The notes beneath the pieces were generated by a model. It did no database searches and was not told where the DNA came from. It saw nothing but the letters and a program-made list of their open reading frames with translations. Source: Marsupella aquatica (taxonomy: Eukaryota; Plantae; Marchantiophyta). From it: a stretch of 64,000 nt of DNA. Location: positions 16,085,974 through 16,149,973 of the forward strand of contig OZ316899.1 of the NCBI GenBank assembly GCA_973895155.1, written 5' to 3'. The number at the start of each line of letters is the position of its first letter. Position 1 is the stretch's first letter. The position numbers were made by a program, and so were the translations under genes. This document shows positions 49,737-63,700 of the stretch, in pieces.

Positions 49737-52700
49737 TGTAGAGTAGGGTTTAGAGTAAGAATAACTATTCTTCTCTTTAATAGCCTAGATTCGTTCCCGT
49801 TAAGAGCTATTGAGACCTAAAAGATTGTAATATTATACTTTGAGTACTTTTGAGTAACATACTCAGGTTACAAGCCTTTTTAACATGCTCAGGTTTATGG
49901 AAGGAATTTTATGATACTTCCATGAAAGGTATGACGTTTGTATCGTCCATAGTGCAATCAAAAAGGGGTAAAAAGTGTTAAACAAAACCAAAAGCCAGCG
50001 GCGTGAAAACTGATAGAAGGCGAGTTATAGATGGAAATACACCTTATCACTACATAGTAACTCATGACCAGCGGTAGTACATTAAGAATCATCGGTGTAA
50101 AAACTCATGTAAAACTGACGCCTACATATCCTCTTCAAACCAGCCATCTTTAGAAAATTATAAAAGATTAGCATAAGGTAGCCCGTATTGATTTTCTGAC
50201 CTATGTCAAAGCAAGGTGGTACTAATCACTCCGAACCAACTTATTCTTTTATTCAATCCATCAGATTGTTCTTTTGGATCTATGCAATTTGTGGAATTCT
50301 AGTGGTGAATTTGTATCAGCTCCTTATTGAATACAAGAGCTCTATAGTCAACACGAATCAATAGGCTTTTGCATGATCTCAAGCATGCGTTTCCAGTCAG
50401 CCTACAGGTCAACCAAGCATTACTAGTCACATCAAACAAATTTTTCTAGTAAGGGATAATCACACACTAAGATTGAATCACAAACCATAGATTACCAAAG
50501 ATTACTAAAATAGACTTCTCATTGATTAATTACTTCAAAGAGAAGGAGACTTAAAGTTGAAAGCTAATTTCATGAAAGTCATATTAAGTCTGAGGTTCAA
50601 GGAAGAATCTCTCCCTTATATATAAGAGAGATCCGCTTGAAAAACTACATGAAAAGACATGCCTTTTCATTATGTAAAAACTAATAAGGTTAACTAGATA
50701 AAAATAATTATACTGTGTGAAAGAGGAGGTCATATCACTTCCTTCCTTTCCTACAAAACATGGAAAATGGTCGGAACAAAGGCGGAAATCAAATTTCCGG
50801 TTCAACCTCCTTTTAAATATAAATTCCGGTTGAACCTGTTTTTACAGAATCCGGTTCATCCGTCTTGGTGTTTAACTATGGCTTCAGGAATTTCTGGCTC
50901 TTCAGGAATCTCTGGAGTGATATTGGGAGTAGGTGCTTGGCTTTGGAGGGGTTCTATAACATAGGTCACTCCTGTGGAGGTAGTAACAATGTTGCCAGGG
51001 GGAACCGGGTTGGTAGGATACTTGCTCATGAGGGAAGTCCAATCGAAAGGTCCGGGAGTGGTGGTACGAATGGTCCCTGAGGAAGAGGTGAAATCAGGAG
51101 CAGTAGTATCAAGAGTGGTAGGTTCTCCTGATAGAGGGGATGGAGAATACTGAACTGGTGTCTCCCCATCATCCTTAGCCCAGATCTGGTGTAACTCATT
51201 CATTTGGCCCAAAATCTCCTTCATTGCATTCAGGCAGTCCTCAAGTTTATCTCCATAGTCTTGAGAGATACGAATGACAGTAGCAAGGCAAGTAGGATTG
51301 GGTACTTTTACAAAGTACTCTCGAAAGAGTTATGTCTGGACCAAATCTCTACCTCTGGTGTTCAGGAAAGGGTCCAAACGATCCACTAAATCTTCCAGAC
51401 TCTCAATGGCTTCTTCCTCCTTCTTACTCCTCTGTCTTCTCTCTTTCAGCTGGTTTTCACAATCTGTGAGTCTAACAGACTTCTCCTTGAGGTCCTTTTC
51501 CATTCTCTCCACCTTCTCCTTGTTGCCAGCAGTCTGTATTACAGGCTCAAAGTTTGCTACTAATTCTGAGACTGGAACACCTGCTACTCGAGCCATCTTG
51601 GCCAGGTTCTGTTCCATGATACCCATCTTCACTTGTATTGCCTCCATCTCTCGCTGGATGACTGAGAAATGATTCTGAGAGGATTCTGAGAGCGAACCGG
51701 AAGTAGGAATAGAGGTGCTGGCCGGTTGAACCGGATTCCCTCCTAAAGTTAACTTACGGCGCTTGGGAGGTTCAACAACTTGTACCTCTGCTTCCTCTTC
51801 ATCCTCTTCTGTGTCCTCTACCTTAACAATCTCTGGATCTGGGACTCCATAAAGGACATAACTGTTCTTTGTCCCCAAAAGATTCTTCTCCTGTTTGAAC
51901 AGGACTCCTGCTTGGGCATACAAATGAATCACGTAGGAAGACAAGGGGGTGGCCGATTTCCCATTGAGATTAGTTGCCAGCTTCTGTATCACATCATACA
52001 GGATGGTAGCCCAAGAAATAGTCTTCCCCTTGTAGAGGGCAGCAATGATAGTGCTCCCTACTCTCTGGATGACTTGTTTTGGTTTCTCTGGGTATAACAG
52101 GGGAACCTGGAAAGCCAATACCCTTCTCAAGTCTCCATCTATGCACTGATTAACACTCCATCCTTCTTTATCGTCCATCTTTCTTGCAAAGTATTCTATG
52201 GTGAGGTTCTCTCCTCGGGGAAGTAGACCAGAGCCATCTGTACGCACTTGGTAAGCTTTGCCAATAGCCTCTTTGGTCCAAAGCTTAGGTTGGGCTCTGA
52301 TGGTATTAGAAAACTCACTTGGGGCTTCTCCAGTGAGCATCTCTTGGATAACATCTTCACTCTGCCATGCCCAGGTCATCAAAAGTAGGTTGTGGCATCC
52401 CATCCTCTCTAGATCAATCCGCAACCTCTCCTTCTCTTCTGGTCCGGTTGGTAGTACAGGCCTTAGAGGCTTCAAAGCAATAGGTAAATCCTTCCTCTTA
52501 GACCGTTGAACCTCGCTTTTGACAGGGGTAGTGTCCGCCTTCGCCTTCTCAGCAGATTGGGGTCTCTGGTTCCTCATGGTGGCTCAACCGGTTCTCGTTA
52601 AGGTGAAATCCGGTTCAGAGCGGAAGCCGGTTCAGAGCGGAAGCCGGTTCAAACGTCTGGCCTTCCTTCTCCAAGATCGAAGCCTATTTACTTCCCCAGC

Positions 52701-53250
52701 CTTCCCTCCCTCTTCAGGATTAGGCTGCCACCTTACACGATTCAGTCAATTCTCTCCTATACCATGCACTCACAGAGTTATCAAGAATGGTCCTCTCATC
52801 CGGACCAAAGACCCTCAACCAGACAGAAGAGATTCCTCACACTACAGCGTCGTCTCATCACTATTCGCTTGGGAGCTCAAGACTTACTTCGTTCAGCCTT
52901 GAGAGGTGTGAGGAGAGGAAAGCCGGTTCAGCCTATTTTGGTCTCAGATTTGGCTACAGGCTGATCCAAGACTTATGGTTTAATGGTTAAGCCGCTCCTT
53001 GCATTGAGATCCTCCGGTGGAATGGACCGGACTTAGATCATTAGGGAAACCGGTTCCACGGGTTGGGGAGGTTAAAACGGCTTTCTTCTGTCGAACCGGC
53101 CATCTCAACCAAGCAACTTTTCCGGTTAGCACCTTAAAGTGCTCATAGGAGGCTAACAGGTCTAAAAGGTCATAAGAGTTAGTGTTTCCAAGGGTTAAAA
53201 TTTTAAAATTTCCCTTATTTCTCCTTTTACCAAATAAACATCATCTCACA
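49737..53250 (-). mobile_element. Solo LTR-like element, family D (D2, 3514 bp)
   Basis: TGTAGAG...CTCACA; TSD tgaag at 49732-49736 and 53251-53255; empty site in the 3' LTR (~62782). Confidence 0.93.
50856..52577 (-). pseudogene. Family D LTR-borne ORF (~573 codons, single TAA at 51330)
   Basis: ORFs 51330-52577 and 50856-51224 share a frame and the gap translates openly (LFREYFVKVPNPTC...). Confidence 0.85.
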
Positions 53251-55042
53251 TGAAGAAACCTTCCCCTCCCCATTGCAGACTACGGAGGAGCTCACCACCC
53301 CACCCGAGGAACCATCGGTACCCGAGAGGATGGAGGACTACCAAGTAGCCCCGGGGACCATGGCCTACGACCTGGTCCAGAAGTTTAGTCAGACTCTGTT
53401 AGGGGAGCTGGCAACGTACATCGGACAATAAGTCTTGATGTACTTTCAACCAGCCTTCTTCATGTTAGAGCACCAACCACGGATTGTAAGCCGCTTGGAG
53501 GAAGAACTCATGGCGAAGGGGAACAAGATCGGGCGCCTCCAAATGCTGGTAGAACACCTCAAGGAGGAGGCCACTACCCGCCGTGAGGAGTTAGCCCGCA
53601 CCGTCAAACAGCGGGACGGACTAACCCACGAGTTGAGCGGGGCGCAAATGGATCTCAAGAAGCTGGACGATAGCATGCTTAAGCTACGCTCAGAATCCTC
53701 AGCTCGGGTTACCAGCCTGACCGACCTCAACAACCAATTCCTATAGGCAGCTCTACAGGTGGCTAGTCTCTCCGCCGAACGGGATAAATTGCTGGCGCAA
53801 GACCAGGCCTAGCGTGACTCCATTAACCAGCTCAACCTGGAGGTAGCACGGCTCCAAGCAGAGGCCGATGAGGCGGCAAACAAGGCAGAGGAGGCGGTAT
53901 GGGATAACAAGGCCTTGCAGGACCGCGTTACTCTGCTCGTCCTCCAGCGGGCAAGACCTGGGCCCACCTCTGATCAAGGCGGCTCAAGGTCTCGCCCCGA
54001 CAAGGGGAAAAACCCTGGCCCAACCACAACACGCACGTAAGGGGTGGTTATCAGAGGGTCTGAGCAGGCGCCGCACGGGGCAGTTGAGTCAGTAGCATCT
54101 GTCTGATTAGGCTTAATGACAGAAGGGTTGTCATTAGGCGCTGATTAGGGGCACAGTAGGAAGAATTAGGATAGGATCAGTTAGGATCAGCCAACGTAGG
54201 ATAGAGTCCATCAATGGACTAGATTTTGGTCAGTAGACTTAGCTGCTGCCACCCCAGTCAGCGTCCCTGCCGCCGAGGGTCAACCGGTCAGAGGAGTGCG
54301 GCCAGTTAGTCAGAAGGTAGTTAGTCAATAGGCATTACCCCGGAAGGTAGTATCTTCCGGTTCCCTTCCACAACCATAGTATTTAGGCTTCCCCTTCCAC
54401 TGTGGGAGGGGGGAGAGGGCTTAGTTATCTCAGCGCAAGAAAAGGCAAGGCACAGGGAGTCCCGGCCTGAGCAGGGTCAGAGTGCACTAAGGAGTGAGAG
54501 CCAGAGTCGAGCTTGTTGGGCAAGCACGGGGCGGGGCCTTGGAGAGACTGGGCATCGACTGCCGTTAGGCCTGCTGACCCCCTTAGAAGTCGAGTCAACT
54601 ATGTAAACTGATTTCTTGCTAAGTAAATGTAGTCTTTTCCCCCTGATTCTATCGGGTAGCTGGTGTTGTGTATGTTTTGTCTGGGCAAAGGCGTCATTTC
54701 AAGGGACGTACTGGGTGCGGACTAATGGTAGGGATTGCCACCCATTGCATACTACAAGGTTATGTCGCGTCGATGGCTTGAAAGCCCCAAGCCGGGAGTT
54801 AGTCCGAGTCACTAACTGTGGGAATATTCCAGCGGTGGAAAACAAACATACCTATGGCCAGTACGAGTTGTGTAAGTATTATACCGGTAAGTATATTGAC
54901 TTAGCCTGACTTAGGGCTAATCGAGGCCACTACACACCTCCTTGCCCAAACCCTCACCCCTACTGGTGGTCGAGATCGCCCCATGGAACTAAACTGGATT
55001 TAAGGCCCGGGTTAGGGGCGCGACATACGGCGACCGGTTTTT

Positions 55043-55059
55043 TGGCGCTAGATGGAGGG
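55043..55059 (+). other. Primer binding site, tRNA-Asn-like
   Basis: TGGCGCTAGAtGGAGGG, one mismatch to TGGCGCTAGAAGGAGGG (complement of the plant tRNA-Asn 3' end as recalled). Confidence 0.75.
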
Positions 55060-55139
55060 GGCACTCATTTCACCTTACGAGTGGAGCCGTGTAGTGAGCT
55101 ATTAACCTTCGATTTTGTCCTTGACGCGTAGCAAGGGGC

Positions 55140-58100
55140 ATGCCCCTTACCCGCTCGCATTCTGCGTATTTACAACGGAGCATCAAGTTTGGAAGGAAAT
55201 ACCGCATCTGGTGGGGCGGGGAGCTCGGCTTCCCAAGCAGGATCGCTTATTGTGATGGGAACCCAAGCACCAGCGGCGGGAGGAACTCCACCAGTTCCAC
55301 CAGCCCCGCAGGTACCAGGTGCATTGCGGCCTCCTGCAGCCCAGAATGTGTCGCAGTGATTCAGCCTAAGCCCGATGATTCCAACGCGCTACCTCAGAAG
55401 ATGGCATTCTCAGTGCTAGAAAAGAAGACCACCACTCTACAACAAGCAATTGATAGTGCCAAATCCTTCAGGGAATCGCACTACGCCTCTCAACTTAATA
55501 GGAGGACCAAGCATAAGAAGAGCAGGAGGTATCATACCTTCAGCGATTCCGACTCTGAGTATGACGAGAAGAAAAGGAAGAAAAGACAATGCCATAAAAA
55601 GAAGGGGCGGACAAGCTCTTTGTCAGACTCTGATTCAGAGTCTAGCAATTCCCTGTCCAGTAGCCCGACATCGACTGGCTCATCCTCCAGCGACACCGAG
55701 TCCAATTCTCGTAACCACCGAAGGAAGAAGGGATCATGGTCAGATACGGGTAAACATAAACCACGATCGAAGGTCATCGCCATGGATCCCAAGGCCGCGG
55801 AGGTAGAGAAACTGAATGAAATCACGGACCGGCTAAAAGCACTATCGGTGCATTTGGCGGAGAAACCACCTGACAAGAAGAAACCACCGGAAACCCAAGC
55901 GCATGCTTGGTGCTCCAAGTGTTATCAGTCTGGACACGTGGTGCAGGAGTGCCCAAGGTGGAACACTCGTGTACACCAGATAGAGTTGGAGCCTGGTCAA
56001 TCCAAGCCAGAAGGAAGCACAATGGAGTACTTTTTTGAAGATCCGGCTGAGGCAGTGTTCCAAATGAGTATGATGGGACCTCGCACTCTGAGCGGCCACA
56101 ATCCAGGGTTCCATACCCCGTATCCGTATCCGGGAAACGGGCGAGGCCCCCAGGTGGTCAGCAATCCAAGTATTCCACCCAAACTCGGAGTTTGGCGGAC
56201 CCCGGTTTGTTATAATTGCGAGAAACCTGGTCACTTTGCCCAAGAGTGCACGGAGCAACGGAAGCAAGGGGATGGGAGAGCGATTCCGTTGTGCCAGGTT
56301 TGTCAAACCAAAGCACATTCCATGTCAAACTGCCCCTTGGTCTTAGCTGCGAAGGCCGGAGCCGTCCGAGCTGCTCTACCTGCGGCCCCACCAACTACGG
56401 ATGCGGTAGTACAAATGGTAACGCTGGAATGGCAAGACAACTCCACCAGGTGGATCGATCTAATAGAAGCAGTCAAGCAAACGGGAGCGCATGCGGACGC
56501 CAAGTGCTACCGCGTCTCTACCCAATCATCCCGCAAGAAAGACAAGTATGAAGGACGGGCTCGGAAGGACGACAAGCAAAGAGACATCATCGCGTATAAG
56601 CATAGTCCGATGGAACCGAACGAGCAGGAAGACTACCAGCAAGATAACCCAAAGTTGTTTTACCCGCGAGTAGAGGAGCTGGTCAAAAAGCAATTGGAAG
56701 CCTACGAGGCCCAAGAGCACAAAAAAGCCATTAAAACGGATATTGCCGATGCTAAGGCAGCAGAAAGAGTCGAGGAAGCTAAGACTGCCTTGGAAGCTCA
56801 AGTCAAAGAAGCAAAAGCGTTAAAATCTGCGACCCCATTGACTAACCAATACGACATCAAAAAGGATGTTCAAAACTATGCAACCACGGCCACCGTCGAA
56901 CAACTGTTGCAGGATAACCCAAAGTATCGGCAACAACTCAAGGAGATGCTGATAGGGAAGAGACGGAGACGGCTCCCTTGGGTAAGCACCTTAGCCGACT
57001 ATATGATGATTTACCAGGACTTAGGGGCACCTGAGGTTTCTATCGAGATAGCGGGCTGTACTGTTTGGTTTGTACTGGTAGATGGTGGGTCCGGAGTAAA
57101 TATCATGGCGGAGGAAACTTCCCTGAGGTTGGGATATACGTCATATCAACCTACGGCCCGCGTCATTCAGTTAGCAAATGGCGCCCAAATCATGCCATTG
57201 GGAACGTTGACCAAGATATCCACGTGGATTGGGGGCCTCGAGTTTTTTCTAAATTACCTGGTGATGCGACCAGTCCGACCCTCATCTTATCTAGTACTGT
57301 TGGGCAGACCCTGGTTATACGGTGCCCGAGTCGTTACCGATTGGGGAAAGAAGGAGTTACGATTTGGTAACCCGACTATGACGGTGTCATGGAAGGAAGA
57401 GGACTATCAGGGTGAAACACCCCAGGGACCTGAAGAATATGACTCAGAGGAGGATATCTCAGACAAAGAGGTAAATATGGTGGAGTTAATCTCTTGGCTT
57501 GACAAAGAGGAAGTCTTTGGGGTAAATGCCACCCGAGAGTCCCATATTCTGAACCAAAACAGACTAGCGGCCCCGACTGAAGTGCCAGGGATGCCAGTAA
57601 GTGAAGAATCCCCCGTAATAGTAAGCACTATGGAGGTCGCTGGCCAGGGCACCTTGCCGGGTATACCCGAGGAGAACGCTACCAAAGCCACTACTCCTCC
57701 CAAAAGAAAGAAAGTTACATGGAGCCCCAAGGTGCCGTCCGTAATGGAGGAACCCAAGGAGCTCCCCAAAGAGCAGTTGACGGTCTGGGAACCCGTGGTC
57801 TATGATGGCACCCAACTCGAGGAATTGGAAGACCATCTCGACCGGGCCACCAGAGACCATGTGGAGGTAATCCGCAAGGAGCACTATAACAAGTACACCA
57901 CAAGGAGGGAGAGGACCTTCAACGTGGGTTATGGCCTACGAGCCCCGGAGGAAAAGGGTATCCAAGAACTCCTATCAGAATATGAGGACGTCTTTGCATG
58001 GAGTCATTGAGACCTAACCAGAATTTCACCGGCCTACAGTGAACACGTCATTGATCTGAACTTAGGTGCTCATGCTGTCCGAGAGAGACAACAAAGACTA

Positions 58101-60743
58101 AATCCAAGACATTCCATCTTGGTAAAGGAGGAGTTAGATCAACTGATCGTGGCGGATATCATCTACCCCGTCTTATCCAGTGAATGGGTGTCCCCCATTG
58201 TGGTGGTTCATAAGAAGGTAGGGCCCGATGGTAAACCCAAGATTTGAATATGCTAGGACTACCGGAAACTCAACGACGCTACTAAAAAAGACCATGACCC
58301 GCTGCCCTACACGGATATGGTTCTTGACATGGTAGCCCGAAATGAGGTATACACCTTCCTGGATGGATATTCGGGTTATAACCAAATTTGGATCAGACTA
58401 TCGGACCAGCTCAAAACCACGTTCATAACGGAGTGGGGAACCTATGCGTTTAGACGAATGCCCTTTGGCCTATGCAATGCTCCGGCTATGTTCTAGCGAA
58501 TCATTATGAATATTTTTCATGATTTCTTACGAGAATGTTTGGAGGTGTTCATAGACGATTTTGCCATCTTTGGAACAGTCGCCCATCACCCAAAACACCT
58601 GAGGCGGACTTTTGAGCGATGCCAAGAAGTAGGTTTGAAGTTACATCCGGGTAAATGCTTCTTTGGGGTAACAGAAGGACTGCTGCTAGGACACCAAGTA
58701 TCCAAACGAGGGATCAAGGTGGACCAAGAGAAGGTGGCCGTGTGGATGAATGTCCCTTACCCAAAGGACCAGAAGGCAATGCGATCCTTCTTAGGCTGCG
58801 TAGGGTACTACCGACGATTCATTCAGAATTTTGCTAAGATAGCCCTACCCCTCACATAAATGATGAAGCAAGACGCAGTCATAGAAATGACTCCTCGCCG
58901 AGTAGCAGCCTTTGACAAACTCAAAACACAGCTAACTATGGCTCTGATCTTGACTACCCCCGATTGGAACAAGGAGTTCCATGTGTATGTCGACGTATCT
59001 GGGTTTTGCATCGGGTCAGTCCTAAGCCAACTGGACGACAAAAAATGCGACCACCCCATTTACTATGCGAGCCGATAGCTGTTTGCAGCGGAGAAAAACT
59101 ATTTGCCCACCAATCGGGAAGCCTTGGGGATCATCTACTCGTGTAAAAAGTTTTGCCATTATCTATTGGGATATAAGGTAGTATTCTGACCGTATAAGGC
59201 TATTCTCCCCGTCAAGTCCGCTTTGTCAGGTTGGGTCCTGCTGCTCCAAGAATTTGACTACAAAGTCAGGGTACGACCTGCGAAGGCACACGTGAATGCG
59301 GACTTCTTCTCAAGGATTGAAGGGGAATTGGACAACGCAGCTGTCGATGATGCATTCCCTGATGAAGAATTATTTTGCGTGGAAACGGACCAACCAACGT
59401 GGTACGGGGACCTAATCACCTTTCTCTTAATTGCCCGCATTCCAAGTAACATTAACCAGGAGGCCGCGTCCATCTTCTTGCGCAAGGCAGCACCGTACAT
59501 GATGATACACGGACATCTACATAAGGAGGGCGTCGATGGGAAGATCCGCAGATGCCTAGATTATAACGAGACGATCATTGGCATGCAAGCTATGCATGAG
59601 GAGGAGACAGGGGGACACTTTGCCCCGGTCACCACGGCTCACAAAATCTTGGACGCAGGTTACTGGTGGCCTACGCTTCATCACGATGTAGCCAAGTTCA
59701 TCCGAGGTTGCAACTTATGCCAACGCGCGGGCAAACCCCGCTGATCGGGTAATCATCCTCTTACTCCGATCTTTCCTCTTGCCCCGTTTGAGAAATGGGG
59801 CATCGATTATATCAGACCATTCACCCCTATAACCCAAGGTCGGCGTTGCCAGTATATTCTTCTCGCTATCAACTATTCAACTAAGTGGGCAGAGGCCCGG
59901 CAAACGGTCAAAGATGACGCGGCCACCACCGCCAGGTTCTTGTACGAACAGATTTTCACCCGTTTTGGACCCCCCTTGGAGTTAGTCAGCCACCGCGGGA
60001 CTCATTTTCTGAACAAAACGGTAGAAAAACTGACTAACCGCTACCTTGTCAAACACAGAAAAACTACCCCTTACCACCCCAAATGTGACGGACCAGCCGA
60101 GCGGGCCAATGGCATTGTGGGAAAAATCCTTAACAAAACCGTAGCCGCCCACAAGACGGACTGGGACGACAAGCTTTTTGCGGTGGTCTATTCGTACAAC
60201 TTAGCATTTAAAACTACTACAAACCATAGTCCGTACTTCTTGGTCTTCGGAAAACATGCGCTCGTACCCGTCGAGTTCGAGGTCGAGACTCCGCGGGTAA
60301 GCATCTGCCATAGGTTACCGGAGGATGCTAGTTCATCCGATCGAGCATATAAGATCGACAGTCTAGAAGAAAAGAGACTGTGGGCATCGCGACGCGTGGC
60401 TGCCAAGCAGGAAGCAACGAAGAAACAACACGACAAAGGACTGCGCCAGGTGGACATTGCTACGGGAGATCTCGTCCTTCTGTACGACAGTAGGTACATG
60501 TACTTTCCAGGAAAGTTATACACACGCTGGCTGGGACCTTTTATTGTCCAGCAGATGTACCCAAATGGATCCCTGCAACTATCAACGTACACCGACGACC
60601 TATTTCCCAATCCAGTTAGTTACGATCGTGTGAAGAGGTACTTTCACCAGGATGACAAGCGTAATGATGTTCGCGAGGACGCTTCACACTTGAGTGGGGA
60701 TGTGACACGGGCAACGTGTCACTTAACCGAACGCAGGTCCTAG
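55140..60743 (+). pseudogene. Family C gag-pol (three CCHC knuckles, protease, RT, RNase H, integrase)
   Basis: CSKCYQSGHVVQEC, CYNCEKPGHFAQEC, CQVCQTKAHSMSNC; VLVDGGSGVNIM; FLDGYSGYNQI; VFIDDF; HVYVDVS; DDAFPDEELF (Athila-like); H..GGH...CNLC; WLGPF; many premature stops after 58008. Confidence 0.95.
60690..60700 (+). other. Polypurine tract of family C
   Basis: ttgagtgggga immediately before TGTGACAC. Confidence 0.75.
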
Positions 60744-63700
60744 ATTAGGACTTATACGGTCATTAGGACTGTAGCCGTAGCGTAGAATAGCACGAATAGC
60801 TGTCTTTGCCATTATGAATAGATTAAGAGTAGGTTAGTTGACCGAATGATTATGAATTAAGGAAGAGGATTATTATGCTTGACCGAGGTACGGTGGCGGC
60901 GGCGGAGTAAAAATCCGTTAGGAGGATCACGCTTGGACCAAGACGCCAATTTCAGCTCATTATCAACAACCAAAATGGCCTTGCCCCCTCTCACAATTGA
61001 GCTCACCCTGGCACCTCCATAAGAGCGGAGTCGATGGCACTGCGGGCCATTTGCTCATTTCTATCTTTCAGAATTTGTGGACGCTGCCATTCACTCTCGC
61101 CTTTTCTCGAATCAAGCTGACCTTTACAAGGAGATTATCGAGGGATGAGAGCGGATTGTGGCAAGATTTAGTCAGGGCGAGTAAGGACGCCACCAGCAAG
61201 CAGATCAGCCGGGCGGGAATGCGGACTCGACGAACCAGACTACAAAGGTTAGTATTACCCTTACAAAAGTGGGATTTTGGACCTTGTTTGGCGAGGTTGG
61301 TGCTAAGTTCTCCGAGACTTACAGGTACTCTTGCCCCAAGAAAGCCGCTTACGAATGAAGATACGCAAAGCTGGTGACCAAGGTAGCACAGGTTAACTGT
61401 GAGAAGACAGCCGTCACCAGGGATTCCAGTTACAATGAGCTACGGGATTACATCACCAAGCTATATATCAGTGAGGAAGGGTTCAGATCGGTGGCAGAGG
61501 CAATTCTTGAAGTTCTCGCAAAGTTCTTTAGGCTGAGGGGCAGCCAGAGACTGAATCCAGCAAAGTTTGACAAGATTCTGGGATACATCGACCAGCAGAT
61601 TACAGCCGAGAAGCGTGAAGAAGACATCAGAAGACAACGAGAAGCGGCGCGTAACCTTACGTTCCTCGGGGAAAGCTCCAACGCCTTCAACTGGGACATG
61701 GCTACCCCAACACCACCCCAGCCCCTCAGTCGATGACCACCGGCGTACCACCAAACCGGTCCCAAGTCCGTCCCGTGAACAACACCGAGTGTTCCTCGGA
61801 TTCCGAGCGTGCTAGTCCGCAGCTTGAGCAGCGTTCTCGGAAGCGGTCAAGGACGACGCCGGCCCCCAAACCGACAACGCAAACTAACGCCACCCCTGCA
61901 ACTGCCCCGACAAATCCCCCGACCAACCACACCCAACGGCCCGCGGATAATCCAAAGTCTAACTTATTACAGGTAATCCGCGTCCCCGAGGTAGTCTGGA
62001 TCGCGATCAAGAAACTCGACCACGCGGACTATCTCAAGGAGCATCAGTTGGAGCAGTTTGCTCACTTGCTATGGAGACCGTGCGCAGCCGGGCCAAAGGA
62101 GATCTGTGAGTTCATCTCCAATTTCAACATTGACGCATCAACCACCAAGGTTTCAGGACAAACCTTATCACTCACAGAGCATTGGCTAGCACAGATCTTC
62201 TGCCTGCCAACTAGGTCGGTGTCGGTTGAACTCCAAATTTGGGATAAGGAGTATACACCTCGGCACTTCAAACTCGAGGGTAAGACAGACAATGGATACA
62301 AGCAGGGGTCATGCACCAACTTACTCTGTATGGAGCGGCTTAACTTCATACGGACTACCCTACACATGATTGAGCCACGATCCGAGATCTCCCTCTGCAC
62401 GATCGTACAGGTGGAACAGTACAAACGGTGGAACTGGGCCCAATTCTTTTACCGGAGGTTCTCGGGGGAGCTTAAGCAGGCTCAGGGAGGTATGGCTATC
62501 AGGGGGAGGACTTACCTAGGAAGTCATATCGCCATCATCCTCGCCTGGTACAAGGCACGGCGGGAGGCCAGGGGAAAGAATATGGCCACCTCAGCCCCGA
62601 CTAATGTCACCCCCACTCCGGAGGAGGCTACCCTGAGTGAGCGGACTACCACACCTGGGGAAAACCCAGAGCCGGAGGCCCCGACTAATACTCCGTCACC
62701 TCCCCGGGTTGAAATTCCACCGCCCCCTTTCGTCGAGCCTCCGCTACCCCCGGTACAACCACTTCCAATCCCTCCACCACCTGAAGAAACCTTCCCCTCC
62801 CCATTGCAGACTACGGAGGAGCTCACCACCCCACCTGAGGAACCGCCGGTACCCGAGAGGATGGAGGACTACCAAGTAGCCCCGGGGACCATGGCCTACG
62901 ACCTGGTCCAGAAGTTTAGTCAAACTCTGTCAGGGGAGCTGGCGACGTACATCGGACAACAAGTCTCAACGTACTTTCAACCAGCCTTCTTCATGTTTGA
63001 GCACCAACCACGGATCGTAAGCCACTTGGAGGAAGAACTCATGGCGAAGGGGAACAAGATTGGGCGCCTCCAAATGCTGGTAGAACACCTCGAGGAGGAG
63101 GCCACTACCCACCGTGAGGAGTTAGCCCGCACCGTCAAACAGCGGGACGGACTAACCTAGGATTGAGCGGGGCGCAAATGGATCTCAAGAAGCTGGATGA
63201 CACCGTGCTTCAGCTGCGCTCGGAATCCTCGGCTCGGATTACCAGCTTGACCGACCTCAACAACCAATTCTTGCAGGCAGCTCAGCAGGTGGCTAGTCTC
63301 TCCGCCAAACGGGATAAATTGCTGGCGCAAGACCAGGCCTAGCGTGACTCCATTAACCAGCTCAACCTGGAGGTAGTACGGCTCCAAGCAGAGGCCGATG
63401 AGGCGGCAAACAAGCCAGAGGAGGCGGTATGGGATAACAAGGCCTTGCAGGACCGCGTTACTCTGCTCGTCCTCCAGCGGGAAAGACCTGGGCCCACCTC
63501 TGATCAAGGCGGCTCAAGGTCTCGCCCCGACAAGGGGAAAAACCCTGGCCCAACCACAGCACGCACGTAAGGGGTGGTTATCGAAGGGTCTGAGCAGGCA
63601 CCGCACAGGGCAGTTGAGTCAGCAGCATCTGTCTGATTAGGCTTAACAACAGAAGGGCTGTCATTAGGCGCCAATTAGCGGCACAGTAGGAAGAATTAGG

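Larger units (their letters stand above)
48199..54040 (+). pseudogene. Family C LTR-borne ORF (consensus ~770 codons), 5' LTR copy, interrupted by D2
   Basis: Pieces 48199-48480, 48344-48880, 48953-49543, 53256-54040; homologous to the family A ORF (HADYLK..., MIEPRSEIS, GGKTYLGSHI, EVARLQAEA). Confidence 0.82.
47648..55025 (+). repeat. Family C 5' LTR (~3.86 kb net), split by solo LTR D2
   Basis: Starts TGTGACACGG as at 60701; ends ...GGCGCGACA after ctggatttaaggcc, which parallels the family A LTR end. Confidence 0.88.
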
